NCBI GenBank assembly: GCA_043822785.1 | Contig: JBDRBN010000008.1 | Coordinates: 1 to 11,865 of the forward strand | Source: Pseudomonadota bacterium | GTDB lineage: Bacteria; UBA10199; 2-02-FULL-44-16; JAAZCA01 | Length of the DNA stretch: 11,865 bases | Direction of reading: 5' to 3' | In this document: positions 1 through 6,593 of the stretch, piece after piece | Layout of the letters: every line of letters starts with the position of its first letter | Numbering within the stretch: the first letter of the stretch is position 1 | Notes under the pieces: generated by a model | What the model saw: the letters and a program-made list of their open reading frames with translations, nothing else | The model's database searches: none | Told to the model about the DNA's origin: nothing | Made by a program: the position numbers and the translations under genes

Positions 1-14
1 TTCTCATGTCTAGG

Positions 15-100
15 TGTCATTGCGAGGAGCGTTTAGCGACGAAGCAATCTCCCGCAAACACAGGTTATAAGGGGATTGCTTCGCTTTGCTCGCAATGACA
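15..100. repeat. REP/RPE-like nested palindromic element
   Basis: TGTCATTGCGAG (15-26) is the perfect reverse complement of CTCGCAATGACA (89-100). The inner CGAAGCAATC (40-49) pairs with GATTGCTTCG (74-83). The layout resembles the dispersed GTCATTGCGAG...CTCGCAATGAC palindromes seen in many bacteria. Confidence 0.85.
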
Positions 101-139
101 TCCATGAAAAACAAGCAGTTCTAACGCGACAGCAGTGCG

Positions 140-252
140 AAATCTGAAAGAATATTAAATCTCGAATATCTAATATCAAAATGGTTCTATTTGAATATTT
201 GAGATTAAATATTAGGGATTCCTTCGAAATTCGATATTCGAATTTCGGATTT
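140..252. repeat. AT-rich inverted heptamer tandem array downstream of apt
   Basis: Left units GAATATT AAATCTC GAATATC TAATATC, then inverted units including CGAAATT CGATATT CGAATTT CGGATTT. The ends AAATCTGAAA (140-149) and TTTCGGATTT (243-252) are inverted repeats with one mismatch. Confidence 0.7.
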
Positions 253-256
253 GTTT

Positions 257-778
257 TTAATCATAGGTAACCATCGAGTACACTGGAGCATTTTTGATCT
301 TGTCGCGGCCGTTTAGGAATGCAAGCTCGACAACAAACGCACACTCGACGACTTCGCCTCCTAAACGCTTTACCAATTCGCATGCTGCAGCAGCGGTTCC
401 GCCAGTAGCCAAAAGATCATCCATCACCAGTACCCGCTGCCCTTTTGTAATCGCATCAATGTGCATCTCGACCGTTGCTGTGCCGTACTCTAAGTCATAA
501 GTCGCATCCACGGTCTTATAAGGCAACTTACCCTTTTTTCTGAGCGGCACAAACGATGCACCCAACTGATTTGCAAGCGGCGCGCCAAATACAAATCCCC
601 TGGCCTCTATGCCCACAACCACATCGATCTTTTTATCATTATAACGATCAACCAGGCTCTTTATAGTAGCAGAAAATGCTGCATGATTTTGCAAAAGCGG
701 AGTGATGTCTTTAAATATTATACCCGGCACGGGAAAATCCGGAATGTCCCGGATGTTTTCTCTGAGCAACATCTCCAT
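257..778 (-). CDS. apt: adenine phosphoribosyltransferase
   Basis: APRT motifs IRDIPDFP..GIIFKDIT, GIEARGF, RKKGKLP and YDLEYG, plus the PRPP-binding loop VLVMDDLLATGGT. Start set at ATG 778, which has a GGGAGG RBS 8 nt upstream, rather than 814. Confidence 0.97.
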   Translation of the reverse strand: MEMLLRENIRDIPDFPVPGIIFKDITPLLQNHAAFSATIKSLVDRYNDKKIDVVVGIEARGFVFGAPLANQLGASFVPLRKKGKLPYKTVDATYDLEYGTATVEMHIDAITKGQRVLVMDDLLATGGTAAAACELVKRLGGEVVECAFVVELAFLNGRDKIKNAPVYSMVTYD

Positions 779-820
779 AGAAGATTCCTCCCTTTTTTTA
801 ATTCCTTCACTCAAGATCTA

Positions 821-855
821 CCCCCTCCTAACCTCCCCCTTACAAAGGGGGAGGA
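821..855. repeat. GC-rich REP-like hairpin element (CCCCCTCCTAACCTCCCCCT-N-AGGGGGAGGA)
   Basis: CCTCCCCCTT-ACA-AAGGGGGAGG stem-loop (832-854), preceded by a partial direct copy CCCCCTCC. It sits immediately after the nlpD-like stop codon. Confidence 0.7.
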
Positions 856-857
856 AA

Positions 858-1631
858 TCAACGTTGCTTGCTTTTTTTTGCATACTCATATCCGCGCTCA
901 GGCAGGAAAAATAAGGGATTGCGCGCGGTTTGTCCATGTCGAATTTCAAAGTGCACGTGCGGTCCACTTGCCCTTCCAGTGCGTCCTACCTTAGCTATTA
1001 CCTGTCCCTGTTTAACTGTCTGGCCTTTGCGAACACTATTCACTTTATTATGCGAGTATGCTGTAAACATGTTGTCTTTGTGGCGAAGCAAGATAAGGTT
1101 TCCGTACCCCCTCATCGAACCGGCGAATACCACGCGCCCCTCTGCAGCAGCCTTTATAGGCGTGCCGGACTTAGCCGAGATATCTACACCATCATGCCTA
1201 CGCCCATCTCTCATGCCAAAAGCAGATGTGACCTTACCGTTCACAGGCCATAGAAATCTTCCGCGATAAGTTCTAATTTTATTGGCATACTCTGGGCGGC
1301 GCTTGCCACGCCTTTGCTCTACGCTCGCGCGCGTATCGTCGCCAAAGGACAGCTTTTTGAACGCCTCCCTCTTCTTGTGCGGCGGTATGTACAGGCGCAT
1401 ACCGGGTTGGATATCGTTTGGGTCTAAGATGTTATTATACTCAGCAAGCTTTTGCAGATCTACTTTATATATGCGAGCTACGCGTTGAATGGAATCTCCG
1501 CTGCGCACTTTGTGATACATACCCCGTTTGTCAAAGGAAGTTGCACAACCAAAGAGAGTCGTAGCCGCAATAGCAAACAATGCTATTGCGAGGCTCAAAC
1601 GAACATTCAATCTGTACTTTTTATTTCTCAT
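858..1631 (-). CDS. nlpD: LysM + M23 (LytM) peptidase lipoprotein, NlpD-like
   Basis: Lipobox LFGC (Cys29). LysM domain YHKVRSGDSIQRVARIYKVDLQKLAEYNNI..IQPGMRLYIP. M23 domain WPVNG..HDGVD..GYGN..HVHFEIR..NP. Syntenic with surE-pcm. Confidence 0.88.
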   Translation of the reverse strand: MRNKKYRLNVRLSLAIALFAIAATTLFGCATSFDKRGMYHKVRSGDSIQRVARIYKVDLQKLAEYNNILDPNDIQPGMRLYIPPHKKREAFKKLSFGDDTRASVEQRRGKRRPEYANKIRTYRGRFLWPVNGKVTSAFGMRDGRRHDGVDISAKSGTPIKAAAEGRVVFAGSMRGYGNLILLRHKDNMFTAYSHNKVNSVRKGQTVKQGQVIAKVGRTGRASGPHVHFEIRHGQTARNPLFFLPERGYEYAKKSKQR

Positions 1632-1661
1632 ACTTACGTTTCTTTACCTGTCTCGCCTATA

Positions 1662-2342
1662 TTATCTCCACCCTTCTTTACCAACAAGCTTTACAAACCG
1701 ACACGCTGTTACGCTGCGAGTGTGAAACTCGTTACCCTTACGCGTTATCACATCGAGCTGTTGTATAGCTTCGCCACCCACTGGAATTACAAGGCGCCCT
1801 CCATCAGATAGTTGCTGTTGCAAAGCCTCTGGCACGTAAGGAGCGCCTGCTGTTACGGTGATGCTATCAAAAGGCGCCTGTTCAGGCCATCCCAAAGTGC
1901 CATCTCCAATCCTATGTTTGATATTCTTATAGCCGAGCTTGTAAAGAATCTTTCGCGCCCTGATCGATAAATCCTTGATTCGTTCGATAGTATACACTTC
2001 TTTGCTAAGCAGAGCTAGGATTGCAGCCTGATACCCAGAACCAGTTCCTATCTCCAGCACGCGCTCATCCCCCTTAAGCGCCATGGCCTCTGTCATGATG
2101 GCTACCATAAGAGGCTGGGAGATAGTCTGTCCAAATCCTATAGGCAAAGGCCTATCCAGATAGGCCTGGTCCTCCATGCCTGGGCTTACAAATTCATGCC
2201 TGGGTATCATGCCCATCACCTCAAGCACACGCGAATCCTTTATGCCACCAGGCACGAGCTGCTCTGTGACCATTCTTCTTCTGGCTACGGTATAGGGATC
2301 TGGCCTATTGTTGCGCCTGTTATTATGTCGGTTATCCATCAT
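1662..2342 (-). CDS. pcm: protein-L-isoaspartate(D-aspartate) O-methyltransferase
   Basis: Motifs PRHEF, AYLDRPLPIGFGQTISQP, SAM motif VLEIGTGSGYQAA, GDGTLGWPEQAPFD and CRFVKL. Lies directly downstream of surE. Confidence 0.96.
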   Translation of the reverse strand: MMDNRHNNRRNNRPDPYTVARRRMVTEQLVPGGIKDSRVLEVMGMIPRHEFVSPGMEDQAYLDRPLPIGFGQTISQPLMVAIMTEAMALKGDERVLEIGTGSGYQAAILALLSKEVYTIERIKDLSIRARKILYKLGYKNIKHRIGDGTLGWPEQAPFDSITVTAGAPYVPEALQQQLSDGGRLVIPVGGEAIQQLDVITRKGNEFHTRSVTACRFVKLVGKEGWR

Positions 2343-2354
2343 TATATATAATAT

Positions 2355-3182
2355 TCATACCTTGCTTGCGTTGCTGGCCTTGCTTGCTGTACTTAGCTTT
2401 TTGTGCCAATCAGATAGCTTCTTGAGAGTTGCCTTATCTGTCAGATTCACCCGAAGAGGTGTGATCGATACAAAGCCTTCTTTTATAGCATTACAGTCTG
2501 AGCCAGGAATATCCTCAAAGCCTGACTCATCGCCACCTATCCAATAGTATTTTCTGCCCCGAGGATCTTTCTTCTCAACGATTATTCCTCCGTAATTTCT
2601 TTTGCCCTGTTTTGTAAACATCATGCCCTTGATTTTGTGCGAACATGTATCAGGAACATTGATATTTAGAATGATACCGCGAGGCAAACCTTTGCGAAGA
2701 ACATCACGAGCGATTATGGCCGCAACCTCTGCGGCTTTAACAAAATTCTTCTGCCCACTACCAACAAGCGAGACTGCCATTGAAGGAATACCAAGTATAC
2801 CTCCCTCAAATGCTGCAGAAACAGTGCCTGAATAATGCACATCATCGCCAAGGTTGGCCCCATGATTTATGCCCGATACTATAAGATCCGGCACCTGTTT
2901 TAAAATTTCGTTTATGGCCAACATGATGCAATCAGTAGGCGTGCCGTCTACAGAATAGACGTTGTGCGAAATACGTTCCACCCTAAGGGGCCGGTGAAGC
3001 GTTATGGAGTGGCTGACAGCGCTTCGCTGTTGGTCCGGCGCCACAACTACCACACGGCCGAGCTCTGCGAGTTTTCGCATGAGCTTTCTAATGCCCATGG
3101 AGCGCACGCCATCATCGTTTGAAACTAATATAAGCGGCGCCTGCCTCTTCTTTGATATTTTGCTGACTCTGTTCAAGGGCAT
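2355..3182 (-). CDS. surE: 5'/3'-nucleotidase SurE
   Basis: Motifs ILVSNDDG, VAPDQQRSAVSHSIT, DGTPTDC, SGINHGANLG, YSGTV, LNINVP, DPRGRKYYW and VSITPL. Confidence 0.97.
   Translation of the reverse strand: MPLNRVSKISKKRQAPLILVSNDDGVRSMGIRKLMRKLAELGRVVVVAPDQQRSAVSHSITLHRPLRVERISHNVYSVDGTPTDCIMLAINEILKQVPDLIVSGINHGANLGDDVHYSGTVSAAFEGGILGIPSMAVSLVGSGQKNFVKAAEVAAIIARDVLRKGLPRGIILNINVPDTCSHKIKGMMFTKQGKRNYGGIIVEKKDPRGRKYYWIGGDESGFEDIPGSDCNAIKEGFVSITPLRVNLTDKATLKKLSDWHKKLSTASKASNASKV
2361..2387 (-). repeat. 3 x 9-bp tandem repeat encoding ASK-ASN-ASK at the SurE C-terminus
   Basis: CTTGCTTGC GTTGCTGGC CTTGCTTGC on the + strand. Confidence 0.6.
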
Positions 3183-3225
3183 AAAAGATCTTGAAAATGT
3201 GTAAAATGCCTAATATTTATAGATA

Positions 3226-3254
3226 GTTATCCGCAAGGCCTGCCACCATGTCAA
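3226..3254 (-). promoter_or_regulatory. candidate sigma70 promoter for the surE operon
   Basis: Perfect TTGACA on the minus strand (3254-3249). The -10 at 17-bp spacing (GATAAC) is weak, although AT-rich sequence follows. Confidence 0.3.
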
Positions 3255-3305
3255 GATAAAAGGCTCCTTGCATTTTTTTGTTCGCGTTGTTACGTGCCGC
3301 TATCC

Positions 3306-4340
3306 ATGAGTGAAGCATACAAAAAAGCTGGAGTGAATATCGACGCAGGTGAGCAGTTTGTCAAAAACATAAAGCCGCTCATCAAAGCTACTTTTCGGCG
3401 TGGAGTCATCTCTGAGATCGGCGGATTCGGGGGATTCTTTGCTTTAAATACTAGTGAGATGCGCGAGCCTGTACTCGTGGCAGGCACAGATGGAGTAGGC
3501 ACAAAACTCAGGATAGCAATTGAGCTGGAAAAACTGGACACAATCGGCATTGACCTAGTCGCCATGTGCGTAAATGATATTGCATGTTGTGGAGCTGATC
3601 CTCTGTTCTTCCTAGATTACTTCGCCACTTCCAAATTAGATCCTGATGCCCATACTGCCATAGTAAAAGGAATAGCCGAAGCGTGTAAGCAGTCCCGCTG
3701 TGCGCTCATTGGCGGAGAGACTGCAGAGATGCCTGACATGTATGCAAAGGGCGACTTTGACTTGGCAGGATTTGCAGTGGGAATAATCGACCGCGCAAAG
3801 ATCATCGATGGAAGCGACGTTGGCGCTGGCAATGCCATAATCGGCATTGCTTCTTCTGGCTTTCACAGCAACGGATACTCGCTCGTAAGGCGCATCGTGC
3901 ACGATGCAGATCTTAAGCTAGATAAAGTCTACGAAGGCTTTGAGATGCCGCTTGGCGAAGCTTTGCTCGCGCCAACAAAGCTCTATAGCCCCATGATCAG
4001 CACGCTCACGCGCAGCTTCAACATAAATGGCATCGCGCACATAACTGGCGGAGGATTTTGGGACAACATCCCCCGCATACTGCCAAACAGCGTGCAAGCA
4101 GTCATAGATAAGCAAAGTTGGACAGTGCCGCACTTGTTTCGTTTCTTTAAACAGCATGGCTCAATAGATGATCACGAGCTCTTTCGCGTATTCAACTGCG
4201 GCATAGGCATGGTGTTCATCGTTTCTGCTGATAAAGCAGAAGAAGTAATTCAGGCTATCTCCTCACATGGTGAGAAAGCATGGCAAATCGGAACAACAAG
4301 GATTAAACCTTCCGGGGAAAATCCGGTAATCATAAAGTGA
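3306..4340 (+). CDS. purM: phosphoribosylformylglycinamidine cyclo-ligase (AIR synthetase)
   Basis: Motifs YKKAGVNID, IGGFGG, GTDGVGTK, IGIDLVAMCVND, FFLDY, GGETAEMP, SSGFHSNGYSL, AHITGGG and FNCGIGM. ATG at 3306 is preferred over GTG 3294. Confidence 0.97.
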   Translation: MSEAYKKAGVNIDAGEQFVKNIKPLIKATFRRGVISEIGGFGGFFALNTSEMREPVLVAGTDGVGTKLRIAIELEKLDTIGIDLVAMCVNDIACCGADPLFFLDYFATSKLDPDAHTAIVKGIAEACKQSRCALIGGETAEMPDMYAKGDFDLAGFAVGIIDRAKIIDGSDVGAGNAIIGIASSGFHSNGYSLVRRIVHDADLKLDKVYEGFEMPLGEALLAPTKLYSPMISTLTRSFNINGIAHITGGGFWDNIPRILPNSVQAVIDKQSWTVPHLFRFFKQHGSIDDHELFRVFNCGIGMVFIVSADKAEEVIQAISSHGEKAWQIGTTRIKPSGENPVIIK

Positions 4341-4359
4341 TGTGCTTGCGCTTAAGACT

Positions 4360-5016
4360 ATGATCGCATCCAAAAAAATCGCTCTGGGCATCTTGGTCTC
4401 TGGAAGCGGCACTAACTTACAGGCAATTATTGATGCTGCATCACGCGAAAAGATTAACGCAGAGGTCAAGATAGTGATAAGCGATGTGCTAGAAGCAAAG
4501 GCTTTGGAGCGTGCGCGCAAGCACAACACACCAGCTATAGTGATCGAGCGAAAATCATTTGAAAGCAAAAAGGCCTTTGAGCAAGAGATAGCGGACACAT
4601 TAAAAAAGCACGGCGTGGAGTTGGTCTGTCTTGCGGGTTTCATGAGAATAATTGGAAGGACGATTTTGGATGCTTTTCCTAATCAGATAATCAACATACA
4701 TCCAGCGTTGCTTCCCTCATTCCCCGGACTCGACGCTCAGAAACAGGCGTTTGATTATGGTGTAAAGGTGAGCGGAGCAACAGTTCATTTTGTGGATGAA
4801 AAAACAGATCATGGCCCAATAATCTGTCAGGTAGCTGTCGATGTGCACGAAGACGACACAGTTGAAACTTTAAAGGCGCGCATACTAAAACAGGAGCATC
4901 GCATCTACCCTGAAGCAATTCAGCTCATCGCCGAAGGCAGAGTTTCCATAAATGGAAGAACTGTGCATATTAGTGACCAGTTACCAGTGATCAGTAAAAG
5001 CACTACTGGTTACTGA
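4360..5016 (+). CDS. purN: phosphoribosylglycinamide formyltransferase
   Basis: Motifs SGSGTNLQAI, LAGFMRI, NIHPALLPSFPG, SGATVHFV, DHGPII and EHRIYP. Follows purM. The start is uncertain (ATG 4360 or GTG 4342). Confidence 0.96.
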   Translation: MIASKKIALGILVSGSGTNLQAIIDAASREKINAEVKIVISDVLEAKALERARKHNTPAIVIERKSFESKKAFEQEIADTLKKHGVELVCLAGFMRIIGRTILDAFPNQIINIHPALLPSFPGLDAQKQAFDYGVKVSGATVHFVDEKTDHGPIICQVAVDVHEDDTVETLKARILKQEHRIYPEAIQLIAEGRVSINGRTVHISDQLPVISKSTTGY

Positions 5017-5036
5017 TAACTGATTACTGATCACTG
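4971..5036. repeat. inverted heptamer array (CAGTGAY family) overlapping the purN 3' end
   Basis: TAGTGAC CAGTTAC CAGTGAT CAGTA - AAAGCAC - TACTG GTTACTG ATAACTG ATTACTG ATCACTG. Confidence 0.85.
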
Positions 5037-5052
5037 AAAAAAGGGGGACAAG

Positions 5053-5631
5053 ATGAAAAAAATAGCAGCTCTCATTGCAACGATCGCATTTATGTTGATA
5101 AGCAGCCAGGCCTTTGCAACCTCTGCAGCCGGCAACTACTCCATAGGCATTGGACCTGTAGGTAACATATACATTGTAGATTCTAACCCGGAGCTTGGCC
5201 TGGGCGTCGGCGGTTACCTCTATTTCGACTATCGTTGGTCACCCCAGTTTTCCACACAGTTTGGCGTATTAGTCACCACACAGGATGGTGAAGGAATATC
5301 TGCCGGAGATAACGGCATCGAGTTTTTAGGCATCCCCACCTTTGACCTCAAGTTCTATATTCTCTCTGAGCCCTCCAGATGGGATCCTTACGGCCTAATC
5401 GGTATGGGCGTGTACGCTGTATCAGAAGGTTCGGCTAACAACGGCACTTGGGCGCTTGGTATTGGTGCAAATCTTGGCCTTGGAACCGACTTTTATGTAA
5501 CCGAACACATCTCTTTAGGCCTGGCTTTTGTATTTCGCTCTATCGGGCTCATTGATTCTACCAGCGGCGCAAACAACGGCACTGCCCTATTCCCATTCTC
5601 CATGATGGGAAATTTTGCGTATCATTTCTAG
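5053..5631 (+). CDS. small outer-membrane beta-barrel protein (OmpW/OmpA-TM-like, probably 8-stranded)
   Basis: Sec signal MKKIAALIATIAFMLISSQAFA. Alternating aromatic/Gly strands (DPYGLIGMGVY, GANLGLGTDFYV). C-terminal FAYHF BAM-type signal. GGGGG RBS upstream. Confidence 0.8.
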   Translation: MKKIAALIATIAFMLISSQAFATSAAGNYSIGIGPVGNIYIVDSNPELGLGVGGYLYFDYRWSPQFSTQFGVLVTTQDGEGISAGDNGIEFLGIPTFDLKFYILSEPSRWDPYGLIGMGVYAVSEGSANNGTWALGIGANLGLGTDFYVTEHISLGLAFVFRSIGLIDSTSGANNGTALFPFSMMGNFAYHF

Positions 5632-5635
5632 GGAT

Positions 5636-5775
5636 CGGCTTTCAGCTAACGGCTTACGGCTTACAACTAGCAGGTAACAACAAAAGGTGTATGCCGTAAG
5701 TGAGCGCAGCAAACGAGCCGTTTGCTGTAAGCGAACAAAGTGAGCGAGCTGTTAGCTGTAACCAGTGATCAGTAA
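5636..5775. repeat. inverted heptamer array (CRGCTWA family) with two 17-nt inserts, followed by two CAGTRA units
   Basis: CGGCTTT CAGCTAA CGGCTTA CGGCTTA CAACTAG CAGGTAA ... GCCGTAA [17 nt] GCCGTTT GCTGTAA [17 nt] GCTGTTA GCTGTAA CCAGTGA TCAGTAA. Confidence 0.75.
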
Positions 5776-5781
5776 ACAACT

Positions 5782-6510
5782 ATGAAGAAGCGAACTTCAT
5801 TTACCTTGGTTCTCTCAATGGCAGCTGCCCTGCTGCTCATTGTTGGAGGCTGCTCCAGGAAATCACAGACATTTGAGCAGCAGAGGGCTGAGATGGTGCG
5901 CGAGCAGCTTGAGCAGCGCGGTATTGAAGATAAGAGTATTCTAAACGCCTTCAACTCCGTACCCCGCGAAGAATTCGTCATACCAGCGTATAAAGATAAG
6001 GCATACGACGACCTCGAAGCACCCATCGGTCATGGTGAATCCTTGGATCGACCCTTTGAAAACGCAGTCATGCTTAACGCCCTTGCCATAAAGCCGCACG
6101 ACAAAGTGCTGGAAGTAGGAACAGGTTCTGGTTATTTGTCTGCGCTTATGTCGCATTTGGCTGACAAGGTGTTTACAATAGAGATTGTGCCTGAAATCGC
6201 AAACGAAGCGCGCGAGCGTTTAAAAAAATTGCACTTTGACAATGTAGAGGTGCTCACAGGAGACGGCTTTTTGGGATGGCCAGAGCACGCGCCGTTTGAT
6301 GCCATCGTTCTAGCTGCAAGTCCTACCCGAGTTCCTGAACCGCTGGCAAAGCAGCTAGTAGAAAGCGGAAGATTGGTGTTGCCCCTTGGCGGTGCTGAAA
6401 AGTTTCAGCTGCTGGTTTTGTATACAAAGAAGAACGGAAAGCTCATAGAAACTGCAAAGCTCTCACCTACGACATTCGTGCCGATGAAGGGAAAGATACT
6501 AGAACAGTGA
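5782..6510 (+). CDS. Pcm (isoaspartyl methyltransferase) paralog with a predicted lipoprotein signal peptide
   Basis: N-terminus MKKRTSFTLVLSMAAALLLIVGGC (Cys24). PCMT fold motifs: VPREEF, AYDD..PIGHG, VLEVGTGSGY, TIE, GDGFLGWPEHAPFDAI and FVPM. Confidence 0.88.
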   Translation: MKKRTSFTLVLSMAAALLLIVGGCSRKSQTFEQQRAEMVREQLEQRGIEDKSILNAFNSVPREEFVIPAYKDKAYDDLEAPIGHGESLDRPFENAVMLNALAIKPHDKVLEVGTGSGYLSALMSHLADKVFTIEIVPEIANEARERLKKLHFDNVEVLTGDGFLGWPEHAPFDAIVLAASPTRVPEPLAKQLVESGRLVLPLGGAEKFQLLVLYTKKNGKLIETAKLSPTTFVPMKGKILEQ

Positions 6511-6593
6511 TCAGTAACTAGTGACCAGTGATCAGCAAAACATCATTCCCATCCGTGACACACTGGTCACTTGTCACTGGTTACTGGTCACTG
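6505..6593. repeat. inverted heptamer array (CAGTGAY family) between convergent genes, possible bidirectional 3'-end hairpin
   Basis: CAGTGAT CAGTAAC TAGTGAC CAGTGAT ... GTCACTT GTCACTG GTTACTG GTCACTG. This forms a 28-bp stem with 3 G-U pairs and 1 mismatch on the + strand. Confidence 0.85.

Noticed and set aside
779..814. Longer apt start at 814
   Set aside because: The extension translates the RBS region. ATG 778 has a well-spaced GGGAGG and gives a typical APRT length.
3183..3305. Purine/ZTP riboswitch or PurR box upstream of purM
   Set aside because: The intergenic region is short and shared with the divergent surE promoter, and no recognisable aptamer or operator palindrome is visible.
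4971..5042. Rho-independent terminator after purN
   Set aside because: The hairpin is followed by an A-tract rather than a U-tract on the coding strand, and the next gene's RBS follows immediately.
1662..6510. Recent duplication of pcm
   Set aside because: The two copies differ extensively in protein sequence, N-terminus and active-site loop, consistent with old paralogy or separate acquisition.
4971..6593. Heptamer arrays as a CRISPR array
   Set aside because: Units are 7 bp, contiguous and inverted. There are no 23-47 bp direct repeats with unique spacers and no cas genes.
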